From assembly GCF_009914755.1 (NCBI RefSeq), contig NC_060932.1: a DNA stretch of 64,000 nucleotides; one strand, written 5' to 3'. Below are positions 33,499 through 52,399 of this stretch, piece after piece. The translations under genes were made by a program, and so were the position numbers. The DNA is from the human T2T-CHM13v2.0 reference genome, Homo sapiens. The notes beneath the pieces are model-generated. The model was not told the origin of the DNA. It saw only the letters and a program-made list of their open reading frames with translations, and did no database searches. Position 1 is the stretch's first letter; each line of letters begins with the position of its first letter.

Positions 33499-35669
33499 TT
33501 TTCAGCAAGAGGGAAGAGGGACTCAAGAAAGTACTTTTTCCACCAAGTAGATTTTAAAAGTTCCAGAAATGTAGGAAAGTTCTAAAAGCATAAGGATCAT
33601 GACTGGGGGGAAAAATAGATATTCACTTTTAGTGTCAAATTCATTCGTGTCATAGAATTTGATTTTAGGACAATAGTACCTTTCTTAAATGAACCAATAT
33701 AAAAATATTTATTAAGCAACTGCTACACATTATTATATTTGTAAAGTTAATTTGCTATTTAAGTACAAGGGTTCCAATGGTATTTGGTAAAGCCTGTTTT
33801 CACTAGGAATTCATTTCATCTCTTAAAAACTCCATCAAATATTTTAACAATTAAATATACACTGATTATGAATTTTTCATTAAATCCCATTAGGAAAATT
33901 ACCATATTTCTTAATAAGAAAATGTATTTTGGTTACAAAAGCTAAAAGGTTAGTTCTTCTCTGATGCAATGAACCCAGGAACTTGACTTGAAAGGCCAGA
34001 GAGCGTCACAGAGGGAGACTGCCAGCCACTCCGTGCATATTTATGGACTTGTTGTTCTGGTGGTAAGTACTCTCCTGACAGCCAGTGCTAAATCTAATCA
34101 ATCATCCCTTAAATACATCATAGTGTAGATTCACCTCACTCCTTCATTAGCATTCATTAGCAATTAATCAACACAGCAGGAGTCTCTAGAAAGTTCAACA
34201 ATCCATAAGGTACATTTACATTAAAGATGAGCAAACATGAGGAGAGATAAAAAGAATCAGGAGATGAGCTGTGTCAAATCTGTGGTGGAAAACTAAATTT
34301 TGATGTGATCTTCCAAAAACAAAAATCAACAGAATTTGGTTATTCAGCCTAAGACTTAAACTCTTGATTAACAAGCAGTAGCCTTGCGTAACTCTATTAC
34401 AGTTGTCACAGACAGATTTATGCTCCCATCAGCCTGCTGAGTACATTTGTTCCACTTCAAGTAAGCCTTATGTATTGTCATTATATCTTCAAAAGGAACG
34501 AAAAGACGTTGTATCCAATTTTTTGCAATTGTGGGCAATAGCTTAATTCAGTCCTTAACTGTGTTCTTGCCGAGAGTTGAGAGTTATAATGGAAACCTAT
34601 TTCCCTGCAGGATGAAAAGGAGTCCTGCTGTGGCTTATAATACCCTGAACCCATGGCTGAGAGCTGTATTGTGCCCACTGAAGTGTCTCTCTTTAAAAGG
34701 AGAGCCATAGGGAGGGGTGTCCTTCACTGGTCAGAGCACCGGCATAGGCTCAAGAATCATGGAGTCCTCTCCTGCCTAACCTCACTGAATTCCTCCAAGC
34801 CTTGAGCCAAACTATCTTCCGTTTTCCTGTCAGATAGAAAGATATTTCTTGAGGGTGAAAAAATAATAATACAAAGAAGTATTTTGCCCACAATTATTTT
34901 AATGCTTTGGTTTAATTATTCCAATTTATCATCTGATTTTAAAGTAATTCAAAATCATTATGCTCAAATGAGAAATATATAATGGCTAGATGATTTCTCA
35001 GCTTCAAAATATTAACTGACAAATATATGTTTAAAGATATATGCCATAAAAATGGCAACAAATGGCGACTATTGGAGCCATCTTGAGCTAATTTAAATAA
35101 TGCCAATTTGGAATATTAATGTTAAATGATAACTGATAGATGTTAAACATGTGATACATTTAATTTTAGACATACAGAAGTGTACATGATTGTAACAGTG
35201 TTACAAACAATATTCGTTTGGTCCACATAGGTTGAAATCTTTGACTCAGACCATGTATTGGAACCATTTTTTTTCCCAAACAAATACTTCAAACTTCAAT
35301 ATAATCCAAACACCCTGCATTGGTAAACTTATCTCAGCATGTGTGAGCAACGAATTGCTACCAATGGGATTGCTTTATTTTGGGAGTCGTAAATGGCTCT
35401 GAAAGATTTCGGTCTCATACTGCAGTGGAAATAAAGATCTATATATTTTTTTTCTTTTCTCTTTAAAGAAAATTTTACAAATGTCACAGTTTGTTGGATT
35501 GGTCCAGTCTGGTTCTCCATGGCTATAATTCAAAAGAAGAGTGAAGTAGCTTGCAGCCCAGCATGGCTCATCATTTGATTTTCAGAATAGACTTCCAAAC
35601 TCTTCTCAACCACTACCACCTCAATTCTTGTTGAGTTTATCTGGATGTTTTCTAAAAGACTAAATTCTG

Positions 35670-35783
35670 GATTTATTTATTTATTTTTATTAGTCTTTAA
35701 AATGTCAACTTTTCTTTCAGATTCAGGGGGTACATGTGCATGTTTGTACCTGGGTATATTGTATGATGCTGAGGTTTGGGGTT
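35670..35783 (-). mobile_element. L1P 3' tip fragment
   Basis: agattcagggggtacatgtgca...tatgatgctgaggtttgggg. Confidence 0.75.
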
Positions 35784-36858
35784 TTTAAAGTTTTATCTCA
35801 ATAATTTCTCCTCAATTTTTTTTTTCAAATCCCTTTTGAAAAGGGTTCATTTTAGGGGCCAAGCTCATTTCTAGTGCACATTTCAGAAGCTGATAGAGTT
35901 ATGCTTAGAAATGCTTTGTCTCATCCTGCTTCTCCATTTTATCCCAGCTATCTACTGTAACAGAAGAAAACAATACAATCTAGATAGGAAACTGAATTAG
36001 CTGATAAAAGCATTAAATTAGAGGCATGTTAAGATACTACTCAGGCATGAAGACTCTACAGTGCTCCACTTAAGTCCAGCAGCAACTCAGATCCTCATCA
36101 CCTGAGTCTCTGACTGCAGCCATCAGCAGTGACTGACAGGTTCACATCAGGAGGCATCAAACCTTCATACATTTTTAACTACCCCAAATGATCCTAATGG
36201 AGAATTTAAAACAATTTGGGAATTCAATATTAGGGAAATGCATTCAAATGCAAGATCAGACAAACATATTAGCCAATATTCAAAGTATTAATGGACCTTA
36301 GAATTAAGTCTGTCCAGTTGAAGATAATTCATAAGGCCTTCTGGACACCAGGGATGGTCTTTAGGGTGGGGGTGGAGAGGACACATTCAGGAAATGGTAA
36401 TAAAAGGTGAACAAGATGGGGGAAGGGGATGGAGGTCAGCACCACTGTGATAGATACAGACAGAGAAGTGATTGGTTATATATCTATCTTTTGTTTTTCA
36501 GACAGACTGAATGGTGCATTATATCACTTTTCAGCCATTCAGTTAGATAAGTTAGCATTTTCAGTCTCATAAAGTCATGAGATTAAAACACATTTTTTAA
36601 AAAAGATTTTACGTAATCACCAAATTCACATTAATAAAGCAAGGAGCTGCCATATTACTCCAGAGATAAATATTCCTAAGACAGAGATGCTGCCCATTCT
36701 TATTTCTAAGGAAACTTATGAAAGAGAGAAAGCAAATTGCCCAGATCAGTATGATTTTAGGCACATTATCTACTATCTCTGCTTTAGTTTTCTAATATAT
36801 AAAACAAAGTCAATAATGGTACCAACCTCCCCAGGTTGTTATGAGGGCTATGGGATCC

Positions 36859-37166
36859 TTTTTTTTTTTTTCTTTTTTTTGAGGTAGTCTTGCTCTGTAG
36901 CCAAGGCTGGAGTGCAGTAGCATGATCATGGCTCACTGCAGCCTCAAACTCATGAGTTCAAGCAATCCTCCTGCCTCAGCCTCCTGAGAAGTTGAGACTA
37001 CAGGAACATACCTCCATACTGGCTAATTTTGTATTTTTTGCAGAGATGGGGTCTCAGATTTTGAGAGATGTTGCTCAGGCTGTTTTTGAACTCCTGGGCT
37101 CAAGTGAGCCTTCCACCTAAGCCTGCCAAAGTGTTGGGATTACAGACATGAGCTCACTGTGCCCAG
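36859..37166 (-). mobile_element. AluJ inserted in a MIR (MIR spans about 36775-37240)
   Basis: atcatggctcactgcagcctc, ctcctgggctcaagtga; MIR core on both flanks. Confidence 0.9.
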
Positions 37167-37574
37167 CTGTGATTCAATTTTGTAAAAGCCTTAAAAGAAG
37201 TCCAGCTTTACAGTAAGCATGGTACATGTATTGCTGCTGTTGCTACCGCTATTAAGGTCTCAAGACTTGAAATTTCTCAAGTGAAATATAATAAAGATAT
37301 TTTCTGGAAAAAAAGGTTTAGAACATACTGGAAACTCTTAAAAGTTTTTAGACAGAAGATTACTTTTATCTCTTTAGATTATTGATACTTATTCCTAAGT
37401 GAAGACATGGGAATGGCTTCTTATTTTCCTGATCCCCGTGTTTCTATGAGGCACAAAAAGGAGAAGTTGTGAAGTGTAAAAATGAGGAAGTTAATTCCAC
37501 CCTCCTGGAAATGTCACCCCTATGAAAACTATTAACAGGCTTCTCCATGAGACATGCATGCAAGCAGGTGGTCT

Positions 37575-37760
37575 GGCATAGTGGAGAGAATGTGGACATG
37601 TGCTCCCACCTTCTGGCTTCTGTGAGTGTGGGGAAGCAGCCCCACTTCTTTCAGAATTAGCTTTTTTATTTTAAAAAGAAGTTTTCCTGAGAATTAAATG
37701 TTATTATATGTATTAATTTTGTGCTTTAATATCTGGTTCATTAAATGGTAGCTATTAATT
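37575..37760 (+). mobile_element. MIR (degenerate)
   Basis: ggcatagtggagagaa...tgagaattaaatg...taaatggtagctatta. Confidence 0.6.
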
Positions 37761-38106
37761 TATTATCATTGTATCTACCAAAAATACATTAAGCAAAGAG
37801 ACCAGAGGCAAGATTCAGGAAAAAATTCAGGAACACCTTGATAAACTCTTAGTTACAATGTACATAGAAGTAGTTCCAGTTTTTTATTTGATAAAAGAAA
37901 TATAGAAGGACTATTCTTATATTCACGGTTTTCAGTGTTTTAAAGCACACAGATGAGTTTATCAAAGCAATGGATTGCATGAGCTCCTCACTCCAACTTT
38001 CTGGGTAAGAGGACTTTGGAAGAGAGCAACACATCTAATAAGCCTGTGATAAAGCATGTTACAAGGAAAATATTGTTGTACCAGAATTTAAACTATAGGT
38101 ATTTCT

Positions 38107-41136
<3,030 letters not shown>

Positions 41137-41761
41137 TAATAGACTATTTGGAGTTCTGTGGGCCACAAATTGTGACTCAAGAGTGAGGACTCTTTTAACT
41201 AAGTATCCACTCATGCATCATACCAGGAGAAGCAGAAAATATAAAAAATATAATTGTCCTTTCCTATTTCTGGGAAAGTGTCATAATTGATACTGGAGAA
41301 TGGAGAAGAGAACATTCTTCAAAAATGACAGCTCTGAAAGTTCAAACGAGTTCAGCTTTTAGGATAGGACAGGCACACATGAATATGAGTTCAATTACAG
41401 GTCACAAAATCAGACAAAGAAGGGATATCACCATCAGAACATGTCTCAAACTTAGTGGAAAATCCAAGTGGATAAAGAATATAGAAGGCTAGGGTAATAA
41501 AAACAACCAATGAATTTCCAAAACCAAAAGAAGAAGGACAGGAAAGCAGATGGCAGTGTCAAAACTTAAAGACTAATGTGAAGCCTGAACTTCAGGGACA
41601 GGATGCAGTCACTAGAAGCAAGAGATGTTGGGTACTTGCTCCTCAGATAATTCACCAGCTAAAATACAGGGAAGAGTAAGAGAAAAAATAAGTCACTGGA
41701 GAACCAGAGTGTAGGGTAGAAACCTGCCTCCACAGAGATGGCATATAAGAAGGAAGGACTT

Positions 41762-42059
41762 GGCCGGGCGTGGTGGCTCATGCCTGTAATCCCAGCATTT
41801 TGGGAGGCCGAGGCGGGCAGATTACCTGAGGTCGGGAGTTTCAGACCAGCTTGACCAACATGGAGGAACCCCATCTCTACTAAAAATACACAATTAGCAG
41901 GGCATGGTGGCACATGTCTGTAACCCCAGCTACTTGCAAGGCTGAGGCAGGAGAATCACTTGAACCCGGGAGGCAGAAGTTGCGGTGAGCCTAGATTGCA
42001 CATTGCACTCCAGCCTGGGCAACAAGAGCGAAACTCCATCTCAAAAAAAAAAAAAAAAA
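41762..42059 (+). mobile_element. AluSp
   Basis: gaggtcgggagtt, gaccaacatggag; TSD-like aaggactt on both sides. Confidence 0.95.
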
Positions 42060-45000
42060 GAAGGACTTAAGATGTAAAGCAATCACAGAAGGATTAGAAG
42101 ATTAAGCAAGGGCCCAATTTCCAGAGAATAGGGTACCAGTTTCTTGTTAGAAGCAGCAGCCAATCCTACTGAACCTAAATCACTGTACCACCCACCCAGA
42201 GCTCCTTCTGTCTATGCCCAAGACTAGAGACAAGACTAGTTCCAGAGTCTTAGATAAAGGAGAATCTTATGGATAACAAATGTACCCCAACTGTTAAGTT
42301 TAGGGATGGAGTGTCTAGCTGAAGGATCCATTCCATATATGATTTAGCAGCCTCAGCTCAGCTACTTCCTTTGTTTACTTGACTTCTTGGTATGTGACAT
42401 TCACCTGACCTGGCTATCAATTTTCATGTAAATGCTCTGGGTTTAGTGAAATCAGAATTACTCAAGCTAGAGCTATAAGGATATTTAAAATAAAAAAGAA
42501 GTCAGGGATTCAGCTATTTTCCAGAAGCTGACATACTGCCCACTTTGGACTGAAAAATCCTTACTGATGCTCCTGCATGCTCAAGTGCCCTGCTAGGTCT
42601 CAGTGGTCATAAGTCATTTGGTTGATCTTAATTTTTACAGAAAAAAAAAAAGAGATAAAAGCACTTTGCAGATAAAATCTTAAAAATCATTTTGGGAAAG
42701 CGAATCCTTTCTGAATCCTTCACATGCAAGTTAGAAATGAGAAAAAAATAAATTAGAGTTATAAATAGAATAAGAGCTTGGAAATAAAGAGAAACTCCCA
42801 TGAAAGGGAAATAACAAAAGAAATATGAGAGCTCTCCTGTCTCTGTTCTTAGTCATTGTGTTTGCTGATTGTTAAACTATAATTTTTAAATGTAAATTAT
42901 GACACCAGGCAACTGTGAAATAAACACATCAAAGATTGATTTAATTTAGAAATTAATAAGGGAACTAATAAGATGTTAAATCTGGTCAAAATTTTTTAGA
43001 AGGTAGTATATATAGGCAATTTAACAAAGAAATTTTTAGATATGATTGCAATGTTAGATATAAAACTGATTAGTGCCCAACCAGGCCAAACACTGCAACA
43101 TTTTTGGTAGTTTCACTGGACAGGCCTTATTTGCATGTCAAATGAAAAAACAAAGACTCTACAAGTTAATCTCTGTTCTTCATGCTGAAAATTGCCCAGC
43201 CAAGAGAAAGTCAAGCCAAGTACTGTAATGAAAGAATACTCAGTAACCTCATTTGCCTATTTCTAAATTTTGAATAATTTTATGGCACTACTCTCACTAT
43301 ATGCCATACACGCTAACTTCTTTAAAAAAAAGAAAATCCATGTATATTTTAAGCAGATGTTTTTACTAATAGCATGACAATAACTTATTTGCTGTCAGTG
43401 TAAAGATGTTAATAGGATGTTCTGGTACAGAATATCCATTTTCCCTAAAGTTCTGAGTCATTGTTTTGTTGAAAATACTAGACTTTTGCTGAGCAATTTA
43501 TTTAGAAGGCAAATCAATTTCATGAGTGGAACTCATGAAATCATATTTTTCCTATAATCAAAGGTTGGTCTCCACTAATTCAAAACTGGAAAAAAATGTT
43601 AAACATTTCACAGTGAATAATAATCACAGTTTAAGTAAGGATTTAAGTGTTATTTATAGTTTTATGTGCATAAACATGTAGGCTAAAACTGGATCTTTGC
43701 TTTATAAAGTAAGAGATATACCCAAATTAAAATACTTGTGGTTATTAATTACTTTGGAATGGCAAGATATAGTATCATGAGAAATGAATACTATACCTGC
43801 TGAGAATATTAAATTTCTCTATTAACATTAGTCACATAAAGAAATTATTAACCAGACAGGTTTAATTTTAGTTATATCTTATGATAGAGAAAAAATTGGT
43901 TAACTGATAGTTGTAAAGTATCATACTTCTTAGAAATGTTTTTCATATTTTGTTTTTAATGAGACCAGTTTAGCGCTAATGAATATTAATCAGAGTCATA
44001 AAACTAATTTTTATATAATCCAGCCTCAAATACACACAGACTTGCCTGATTTTAGTTTAGGGAATCCAGGAATAATGCCTGATGCATGTTGCATGTAAAA
44101 GTAATTTGGGAAGGTTGTATCTTAAACATTAACTATAAGCAGGGTCTGGCTATTCTCAAATATAGAAACCGAATTAGCCCTGACACAGTCACAAGAAAGA
44201 GTTCGAAACCACAATTGGGAGCAATGGCATTCGCATGGCCATCTGATACCTATTTACATGTGTCCTTTTCACTGCACAGATTCTGATGCTACAAAGAATG
44301 TGAAGGCAGTGGTAAGTATATTCATCGAGATTTATTTTGATAAAAAATTTTCCTAAAACTAGTACATTGTGATTCAATTTACAAAATTCAGCTTACTCAG
44401 AATTACTAATTATCACATTTATTTCCCATAGCCAAGTTATCAGAACATTTGTGTAGGTTCCATGTAAAAAGGAGTCAATAAACTGACTTGATAAGCTTCA
44501 GAAATAACTTAACATCAAGGTTTAAATTATAATGACATTAGTTTTTGAAGTATCTATTGAACTTTAAAGACAAATCCATAAACAGCAAACAGAAAATTTA
44601 ACTTTTTAATCTCATGAAGGTATCCTTACTAATTGCAATGTTTTCACTCTCTAAATAATTTTTAAATAATTTTTCAGCTTCCTGCTTGACTCTTTATTGT
44701 AAGCTCCAAATGAAAATTTTCTTTACACTTGATCCTTGGACTTGGCAAATTGTTTCACTTTGTGTATGAATCTTGATGCACTGTCACAGACTTATGGCTA
44801 CCCATTAGCTCCAGGAACAAACATGAAAAAACTATTTACCCTCAAGATGTTTATATTCAAAGAGGCCCCATATCCTGTGAACTTTATGGTTTTCTCAATG
44901 TGTTATCTTGCTTCTTGTTATATTAAATGAGAGTCTAGCAATTAAACCACCATGGGATACTATTTTTTTGCTATATGTCAGTGTGTTAGGAAGCCTCCCA

Positions 45001-45584
45001 ATACTGGTTTATGTATTTCATGCTGGGTAGAGGAAAAGTGAAAACCCCAATTTTGAAGGGCTGCATCTGGTGCATGTACTTGAACTTTGTGATGGAGCAT
45101 GTGTTCCCAACTATATCAATTCCAGATTTTCTGGTTTGCTAGAAGCTGCATGAAAATGTAAATTGCATAGTCCCCTGTAACCACTCTACAAATAAATGCC
45201 AACTATGCGTATTGGTCAGAAATGCGAAAAAGGGCATGATAATCTAGGTTTTCATACCCATCATGAATTGTATAGGTATCATCATGTTTAGCCGTCTTCC
45301 TCAAATGTCTCATTAGGATAACTCCTACCCCCTTGAAAGATCTAGAGCAAATTACAATTATCTGGGGCATTCTCAAATGAGAATGAGTCCCAAGGCCTTT
45401 GACTTTCAAGATATGGTGCCAAGTACAGGCCTAGAAATAAGCAATGGGTGTGAAAGAGGAGAGTCCTCTCTGGAGTCCTTGTGCCTACTCTTTGGTATAT
45501 GCTTTCTTAGGTAATGATGCAATTCAGTCCAACAAAACAGGCTGCAGCATACTTGTGGGTTCTGGCATAGCATATTAGAGCCAC

Positions 45585-45874
<290 letters not shown>

Positions 45875-45939
45875 TAGAGCCACATTTGACTTCTTGAGTT
45901 TGCATTTGAAGTTTTCTTAGTTCATTTCTTCATCACTAT

Positions 45940-46013
45940 ACTCCAGGCACCTAGAACAATGTGTGCACATAAAATCATTCAATAAATGGTTATGAAGTGA
46001 ATGAATGAATGAA
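45940..46013 (+). mobile_element. L2 3' end
   Basis: gcacctagaacaatg...tcaataaatg...gaatgaatgaat. Confidence 0.75.
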
Positions 46014-46163
46014 TGCGACAAGACACATGAACCAATTAGAAAATAAGAAGAGCCAATTTAAAATATATTTCTGGTCTGAATACAATCTACGAGTTACACA
46101 CACAGACACATACAAGAACAAGCGAGAACATCACAATTTAATAGCGTTAAAGGAAAAGCTTCA

Positions 46164-48015
<1,852 letters not shown>

Positions 48016-48305
48016 AAAGGAAAAGCTTCATGAAGAAAGCATGATTTGCAATGGACTGGGTTGACTGATAAAGGAGAAAGAAGTGGGGAGGCTCTGGAAC
48101 GTAAATGGGGAGACTCTTCATTATAAGTGGCTCTATGGAGCATGCTTCATTTATAGTCACTGAACTTTGCGAGTTTCATAAAAATTCCATAAAATTCAAC
48201 TATTGTAAAGCCTGAAATGCAATATGAAGCCTTATTTAGAGATTGCCCACTTTGTTTTCTTTTAAATACTAGTCACTGTTATTTATTATTGTATTTTGCT
48301 TATGA

Positions 48306-48470
48306 ATTCATTCAATTAAATATTTCTTAAACACCTACAGTATAGGAGAATCTGTGCTAAAAGCCAAAGATTCAAATAAAATACCATCCCTGTCCTTAAA
48401 TATCTCACAGTCTCATGGGGGATGACTGACAAGTGAGCAGAATGTTACACAGTGTTATAAACAACATGAG
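48306..48470 (-). mobile_element. L2 3' fragment
   Basis: attcattcaattaaatatttcttaaacacctac...ccatccctgtcc. Confidence 0.65.
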
Positions 48471-48550
48471 AACACTCTGAGGTCACATCTCTTCACTCCT
48501 CACAAAGGCCAAAGAGCTCTCATTTCATTTCTTTTATGAGATCAATTTCT

Positions 48551-48715
48551 TTCTTTCTTTTTCTTTTCTTTTTTTTTTTAAGTGACAGTATCTCACTCTG
48601 TCACCCTGGCTGGAGTGTAGTGGTGAGAACATAGCTCACTGCAGCCTCCAACTCCCGTGCTCAAGTGATCCTCTTGCCTCAGCCTCCCGAGTAGCTGGGG
48701 TTACAGGAGTGAACT
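48551..48715 (-). mobile_element. Alu monomer (FRAM or AluJ right arm)
   Basis: catagctcactgcagcctc; approximate TSD at(g/a)agat(c/t)aatttct at 48536-48550 and 48716-48730. Confidence 0.85.
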
Positions 48716-49317
48716 ATAAGATTAATTTCTATGGGGGTTGATGTGTAGCTTATTTTATTAAAGAGATAATCTTTAGGCAGTAGATAAAATTTTATTTTTC
48801 CATCTTTTCTGAGTTTGCAGCTAACATAGTGTTATTAATTCAATAGACTAGCATATTCAAGATATAAGAAGAAATGGATGAGTATTGAAGGCCATTCATC
48901 CATAAACTGTTTTCTTTTCAATAAACTCTTCATAATCTTCCACTATTAGCTACTCAAGAAGTGAGAAATCTCAATTCATTCTGTCTAAATGTCTTTGATT
49001 TGGCAAGACTGTTAAATTATGATTAGGGTAAGAGAATCTAACTTTTCAAGAGCATTTAAACAGCTCTTAATGTTTTTTAAAGTCTCTGTTTCTTCTTTGG
49101 TTAAACTTATTGTGGATTGGAGATAATGAATACAACACACCTGGCCCATAGACAGCCTTCAATTTAAATGAGACATTATTAAGTAATAAGTAGTCTGACT
49201 TGGAACTTACTTCTCTGCTCTGTTGGAGATGCAGATGTGAGGAGAAATCATAAACTGCCTATTCCTCTTCCTCTGACCTCTGAGATGGTGGTAGGCTGGA
49301 ACACTGCTGTCATTTCT

Positions 49318-49550
49318 TGTCATTTATTGATCAGTTACTTTGTGCCAAACTCTTTACATACATTATCTCCTTCAATTCCCAGACAACCCTTTAAGATAAG
49401 AATTATTATCCCTATTATACCTTAGAGAAAATGAAATAGAAGCTCATAGAGTTTAATTAACTTGCCAAAGTCCCCAGAGATAGTAAACGACAGAGCAGGG
49501 TTCAGTCCCAAGTGTTTCATGCCCCTAAACCCTGCCTACTACTGCTTTCT
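49318..49550 (-). mobile_element. MIR
   Basis: catttattga...ttattatccc...taacttgccaaagt...agagcagggttc. Confidence 0.75.
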
Positions 49551-49899
49551 GAACCTGTGAGTTCCTAACGGCTTTCTGGATAAACAGAGAGACACAGCTC
49601 AAGACTTTTGTATTCTTTTTCTACCCAACTTGATCCCATTTAATTTGATGCATACAATTAAAGAGATCTTCTGTAGAATTTTAATTTAGAAGGACAAGAA
49701 AGCCAGTTCAAATTCTGTGCAGTAAGAAGCCTACACCACCGAGACTATGATGTAAGACATGGCGATGCTTCACTAGGACAGACGAGTGACTGGAGCTTTC
49801 AGAGAAGGAGCTATTGGTGTGCCTTGCTTGCTACGACTCCCAGAGGCAGAGGTCATATAAGCGGTACATGATGGGCATGCCATACTCCTTGGGGTAGAC

Positions 49900-50345
49900 T
49901 TTGGTTGTTGCCATCCCAAACCATTCTCCCTCTTACCTTATTAACTAAAACTAGATCTTGTTCGGGGTGTGTTAAATGTATTCATCTCAGCTAGGGAGAT
50001 GTAAACAGCAGTCTACTGGGTGAAGCTTTGGGAAAAGCCATTGTTTTCCTGATGAAAGATGACAGCCTTAGCTATACTTCTTTCTGCCTTTTGCTCTTTC
50101 ATTTTTCTATCTGAAATGTAGATGTGATGCTTAGAGAAAGAACAATTGTTTTGTGACTGTGAGTAGCAAATTTTTCAGTAAAGCTGACAGAGCAGGGAGT
50201 TACCAGAAATGTGGGTCCTTATTTAATTGCTTGAGCAGATACACCAGCCTGGAATTGTTTATTTCCAAAAGTGAAAAACTCAATTCTCATTTCGATAGGC
50301 AGTTCTAGTAATGTTTATATTACATGTACTTCCAAATTATTTAGT
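49900..50345 (+). mobile_element. Old MLT1 (J/K-like) LTR
   Basis: gtctactggg...ttgttttcctgatgaaag...atgtagatgtgatgc. Confidence 0.5.
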
Positions 50346-51589
50346 TCCTGATCTTATTCTTACTTCAATACCTGTATTTGTTGTCAGTTGTGACCTAGGG
50401 AAAAAGTTAAAAATTTTCCTTATTAGAGTGAATCTTAGCTATTGCCTTCACTCATGAGCACACACAACTATAGGTCTCTAGCTTCCTCTTAAATATCACA
50501 TGGCAAGGCTTTGGACAAATAAGCTGAACTTTTAAAATTTAATTTTCCTCCCATTTAGAATGAAATTAGTCATTCTTATGGGTATTCTACCCAAAGGCCT
50601 CATGTGAGAATGAGTTAAAAATATGGAAAGTCATACTTGAAGAATGGGACTATTTCCATATAAAATACAATCATTAGTAATGCATTAATAGTTTGCTCTG
50701 ATTACTGCCTGCTATTTTAAATTTGTTAAAGACTCTTCCAATATGAAAAATGTTATGAACATTTTAATGAATTATGAGTAAAAGTCCTCCAGAACATGGC
50801 ATTACTTTTTTGTAATGAATATGAATGCAATCAGTGGGTTTCTGTAGACACCAGAATTAAGCAGAATTAGACCAAAAAGAAAAAAAAAAGATTAGTTCTA
50901 GAAGTAAGATAAAATAGAAAGACAGCAAGAATGAGAAAAAGGAGAGAAATAGAGACAGGCAAAGGGCAGGATAGGATTTTTAAGAAGGAAGAATTTTCCC
51001 AAATACAGGATTAAAGTTATTAATTAAGAATAGATCTCATTAAAGTGAACATAATTACCCTATGAATAATGTTATCACAAATATGATAGCAACACTTGAA
51101 TAATTGTCCGAATAAAGTATTTTAAAACCACTAAGTATCTTTTGCAGAGAAATTTAAGCAAGAAAATGAATATAAAAACCACAAAGGGATAACTTGCCAG
51201 TGAATGCAACTAAAATTTCATAAAACCCCAGCTCTCATTCATCTAAATTTAGGGACCTCTATATTTTGCACATTGATGCTCAATAAATATTAGATATTTT
51301 TGGGTTTTTTACATTGAAAAATACTTGCTCCAAATCAGTGAGTAATTATAAATGAGTTTTAATGATAACAAGAAAAGTTAGGAATAAAAAAATGCTACAT
51401 AAATGCTTTCTTATTAATATTTTTGAAGACTATCACAGAGCGAAAACTTTTTAAATAATAATTGCTATAGAACAGTCAAGAATATGCAAAAAACTACATT
51501 CCTGACCTTAAAATATGAAATAAAACTTTGAATTTCTGCTTTTAAATGACCAGTAGATTTGCAAAACCTGTGATCACATGAATGTCAGT

Positions 51590-51960
51590 TTGGCAGAATG
51601 GTCATAAATAATAGTTGATGATAAATGACAGTGTTCAGGGTGTGGAGCGATCTCTTGTGGAGGGCCACAGGGGTTGGCGTAAAGCTCTTGTCTTCTCTAA
51701 CATCTGGATTATTGATGGTTAGCATTAATGATCTGAAAGACAGAGCACACAGCAAGCTAATAAAATTTGCAGATGTTACAAATTTGGAAGCTGTTGCACA
51801 CACCAGGAGACTAAGAATTAATACAAATGGATCTAATGAGATTACAAATACAGAAAGAAAAGAGGAAAATTAGATTCCATTTAGAAAAGTGCAACTAATC
51901 AATCTTGGGGGAGGTAATCAGAAACATGTTCACTCAGCAGGTCTGAGGACAAACCTGGGA
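51590..51960 (+). mobile_element. CR1/L3 LINE reverse transcriptase fragment
   Basis: ORF 51625-51873 contains INDL...SKLIKFADVTNL, the CR1-type (I)NDL...KFADDTKL motif; a degenerate PQG codon run (ccacagggg) lies upstream. Confidence 0.75.
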
Positions 51961-52399
51961 AGTAATCAATTTAAACAAAATGCAAAGCACAATAATAAGG
52001 CTGCTGGGATCAGTGAAAGAGTATTTCTCCAAGATCATTCAGCAATTCCATACATGAGCCTGTCTTGGTCAGAATTGCCCATGGAGGCAGTAGGTCTAAG
52101 GGGAGAGGCCTGAAAGCAGGGACTATGAGGATAAAAGCTGAGAAGATCCCTGGTGCAATGGCTGCACCAACAGCCACTTCCAAGTTCTGGATGGAGCAGC
52201 CGCATGCTCAGCCACTTGCTCCAGTATTAAAAGAATGGGCACCAAAACTTGTATCAACCTAACATGCCTAACCTAGGCCCATTAAGGTTCATGGTCCCAT
52301 GCAGCTATTTTTCTGGTGCCAAAGGAACTGAGGACTTTAACAAGGGTAGGGCTATCAAATAGTCTCAGTATTACCCAAAGGTATACATATAGCCTAAGG

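Noticed and set aside
34625-34650. TATA-like TATAAATA as a promoter
   Set aside because: Common in AT-rich DNA, with no CpG island or downstream gene structure to support it.
41544-41560. CTCF-like AGCAGATGGCAGTG, and a similar motif at about 26722-26736
   Set aside because: They lack the 5' CC core positions, too weak to call without ChIP data.
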